DNA from: Cyanophora paradoxa CCMP329
Lineage: Eukaryota > Plantae > Glaucophyta
DNA: 64,000 nucleotides
Reading direction: 5' to 3'
NCBI GenBank assembly: GCA_004431415.1
Contig: QPMI01000578.1
Span: 1 to 64,000, forward strand
Shown here: positions 62,180 through 64,000 of the stretch, piece by piece
Layout: each line of letters opens with the position of its first letter
Position numbering within the stretch: the stretch's first letter is position 1
Notes under the pieces: model-generated
Told to the model about the DNA's origin: nothing
The model's database searches: none
The model's input: the letters and a program-made list of their open reading frames with translations, nothing else
Translations under genes and position numbers: made by a program

Positions 62180-64000
62180 TCAGTTGCAAGCGCCGGCCGC
62201 GGGGGCGCCGGCCGCGGGGCGCCGGCCGCGGGGGCGCCGGCGGCAGCCGCAGCGGGCGTGCTCCCCGCAGCTGCGGCGGGGCTCCCCTCTTTCGGGGCAG
62301 CGGAGAGGGGAAGCAACTCGCGCAGCTCCGTGTTCTGGATCGGGTCTGCCCGCGTCCCTTTTATGCCCGGCAGGGTGGCGCGGGGGGGGGGGGTACGGCA
62401 GTGCGCACCGTAGACGGAGTGCTGGACGCAGGCGGGTACGACGCGCCCGGCGCGGGGCTGGCCCGCCCCGCGGGGTCAGGGTACGGTGCGAGGAGGCGGA
62501 GGTGGAGGTGGAGGCGGAGGCGGAGGCGGAGGCGCGGGCCGGGGCGCTCTTTTCGGGTCTCCAGTCGGTCCCCAGGCTCTACATCTATCTCTCTTCGATG
62601 AAGTAAAAGAATTCGAGGCTCTGCTTTCATTCCAGTCGAACTTCGAGCTCGTGCTAGATGCTCGGAGAAGCTCTAGATGCATTTAAATTCTAGTCGGGTT
62701 CTTTAGTCTCGCCGCGAGTCGCCCGGGCCCTAGATCTGCTTCTCTTCGCGATCGAAGAAAAAGGAGCGGCTCCGAGCTCACCCGGGCCATTCCCGTAGGA
62801 GAGATAGCCTGAGGTGGCTTAGGTTTGGCGGAAGAGTTAAGTTCAGAGTTAAGAGTTAAGAGTTAGGAGTTAAGAAGTTAAGAAGAGTTAAGACTCTGCT
62901 TGCACTGGGTGTCCTCTATCAACTCTAACGCCACGCCCAAGCCACCTCAGGCTACTGCCCCGGGCTCACCTGAGCCATCCCGTAGGAGCAGGCCTCGAGC
63001 CGCTCCTGCACCTCCCGCGTCCTACCCCCGCCCCCGCCCCCGCCCGGGTCAGAGGCGTCGTGGAGGGAAGGAAGGCCCCCGCCCTCGGCCGGGCCGAGGG
63101 GCTTGGAGCGCTCAGATCTGATCTGATCCGAGTGCCGGGGGCCGGGGGCCTCGATCGAGTCTAAGGGGTCCGCCTCGAGCTCGGGCCCTCCTTCAGGGGC
63201 CCGCCAGCCGTCTCCCGGACTAAGCTGCAGGGGCCGGGCCGGGCGGACCGGGCGGATTCGGGGTCGGATCCCGCCGGGGCCGTTTCGCCCCGCTGGATGC
63301 GGGCCCACGCCCCCTGGACGTCACGCGCGTCCATGAACCTGGGTACCGGATCCGAGATTCGAACTCGAAAATTCGAATTTGAAATTGAAAATTGAATCAG
63401 GAATGGGGTACCGGTGCATGACTATGGTGAGGGGGCGGGCGCCGCGGAGGAGGGCGGTGGGGCCCCCCGCCCGCCGAAGGAAGCGTCCCACCTGGCGCCA
63501 CGCCTCGTACCCCGCCAAAAAAAGATAGACAGCCGAAGAGAATATCGCGTACCCAAGCGAGCCCTATCGGTATCGTCCGCGGATCCGCGAGCGCAGCCCG
63601 CGCGATCTGGTAGAAGCGGCGCGTCACGATTCGACCCAGAAAAAAGAGCGGGGTACCGACCTTGATGGCCAGCACCCATGCGGGGGCTACCACATTACCC
63701 ATCGCCGTGAAAAACGCGTCACGTGCCTGCGGGGGGTGCATGCAGGCTCGTTGCAATCCGGGGGGAGAAGAGGCAGGGGTACACACCTTGAGGTCTTCCT
63801 CGCACAGGTCGTCCATGAGGGGTACTGGCAGCGGGGCCCGAGGCTCGTTAGGGGCGGGCGGGCGGCGCGGCTCGGCAGGGCCGGCGAGACAGCTCGGGAC
63901 TAGAAGCGCTAGACGCGAGGGAGAGGTGTACAGGGGCGCGGCGGCCTGCGAACCGCGCGGGATCTAGTAGGGGCGGCAAGGGTCGGGGGCGACGAGGAAG
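62180..64000 (-). CDS. 3' exons of a bacterial-type radical-SAM-domain family protein (5' part outside window)
   Basis: Spliced motifs LTIVMHR|FMDARDVQGAW, EVQERLEACSYGMAQ|, GRVVPACVQHSVY|DPIQNTELRELLPL resemble the C-terminus of an uncharacterised bacterial radical SAM family. The CxxxCxxC motif is not in the window. Confidence 0.55.
62807..62952. mobile_element. Small intronic MITE-like insert containing (GAGTTAA)n
   Basis: TA|GCCTGAGGTGGCTT ... AAGCCACCTCAGGC|TA inverted ends. Confidence 0.5.

Noticed and set aside
62832-62895. Telomere-like (GAGTTAA)n
   Set aside because: Short, degenerate, intronic and enclosed by small inverted repeats.
27273-64000. Hundreds of overlapping GC-rich ORFs in the track
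   Set aside because: Antisense or off-frame shadows of spliced host genes in high-GC DNA; only motif-supported genes were kept.

Overview
Eukaryotic nuclear DNA with two sharply different compartments. (1) 1-12011 is the right-hand end of an AT-rich, intron-less, gene-dense endogenous DNA-virus-like element that runs off the left edge. It carries a patatin phospholipase with a C-terminal F5/8-type-C (discoidin) domain, a ~2,100-aa His-repeat/lectin fibre-like protein, two tandem paralogous fibre-accessory-like genes, a DUF723-like Zn-ribbon protein and a prokaryote-type S-adenosylmethionine decarboxylase. These are followed by two tandem origin-like palindromes and a terminal ~281-bp imperfect foldback bounded by a perfect 27-bp inverted repeat (5'-CACATAG...CTATGTG-3'). 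The element ends exactly inside an exon of a host cell-surface gene, whose intact paralogue lies ~11 kb downstream and pins the junction at 12011/12012. (2) 12012-64000 is very GC-rich host DNA with many short (~50-70 nt) GT-AG and GC-AG introns. It contains a truncated and an intact FN3 type-I membrane protein gene, a MITE-dense spacer (hAT-, CACTA/CMC- and Tc1/mariner-like, with visible TSDs), a 40-bp minisatellite, PIG-O, a hypothetical membrane protein, cyanobacterial-type DGDG synthase dgdA, RNPS1/SR45, a large beta-helix/Cys-rich/multi-TM receptor-like gene, two tandem bZIP paralogues and the 3' end of a bacterial-type radical SAM gene. Nuclear dgdA with a transit peptide, tiny introns and high GC suggest a glaucophyte alga such as Cyanophora (inference). 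Most ORFs in the supplied track beyond 12 kb are GC-rich artefacts. Many frameshifts are single-base homopolymer losses and may be assembly errors. No capsid, polymerase or integrase gene is in the window, so the viral lineage cannot be assigned.
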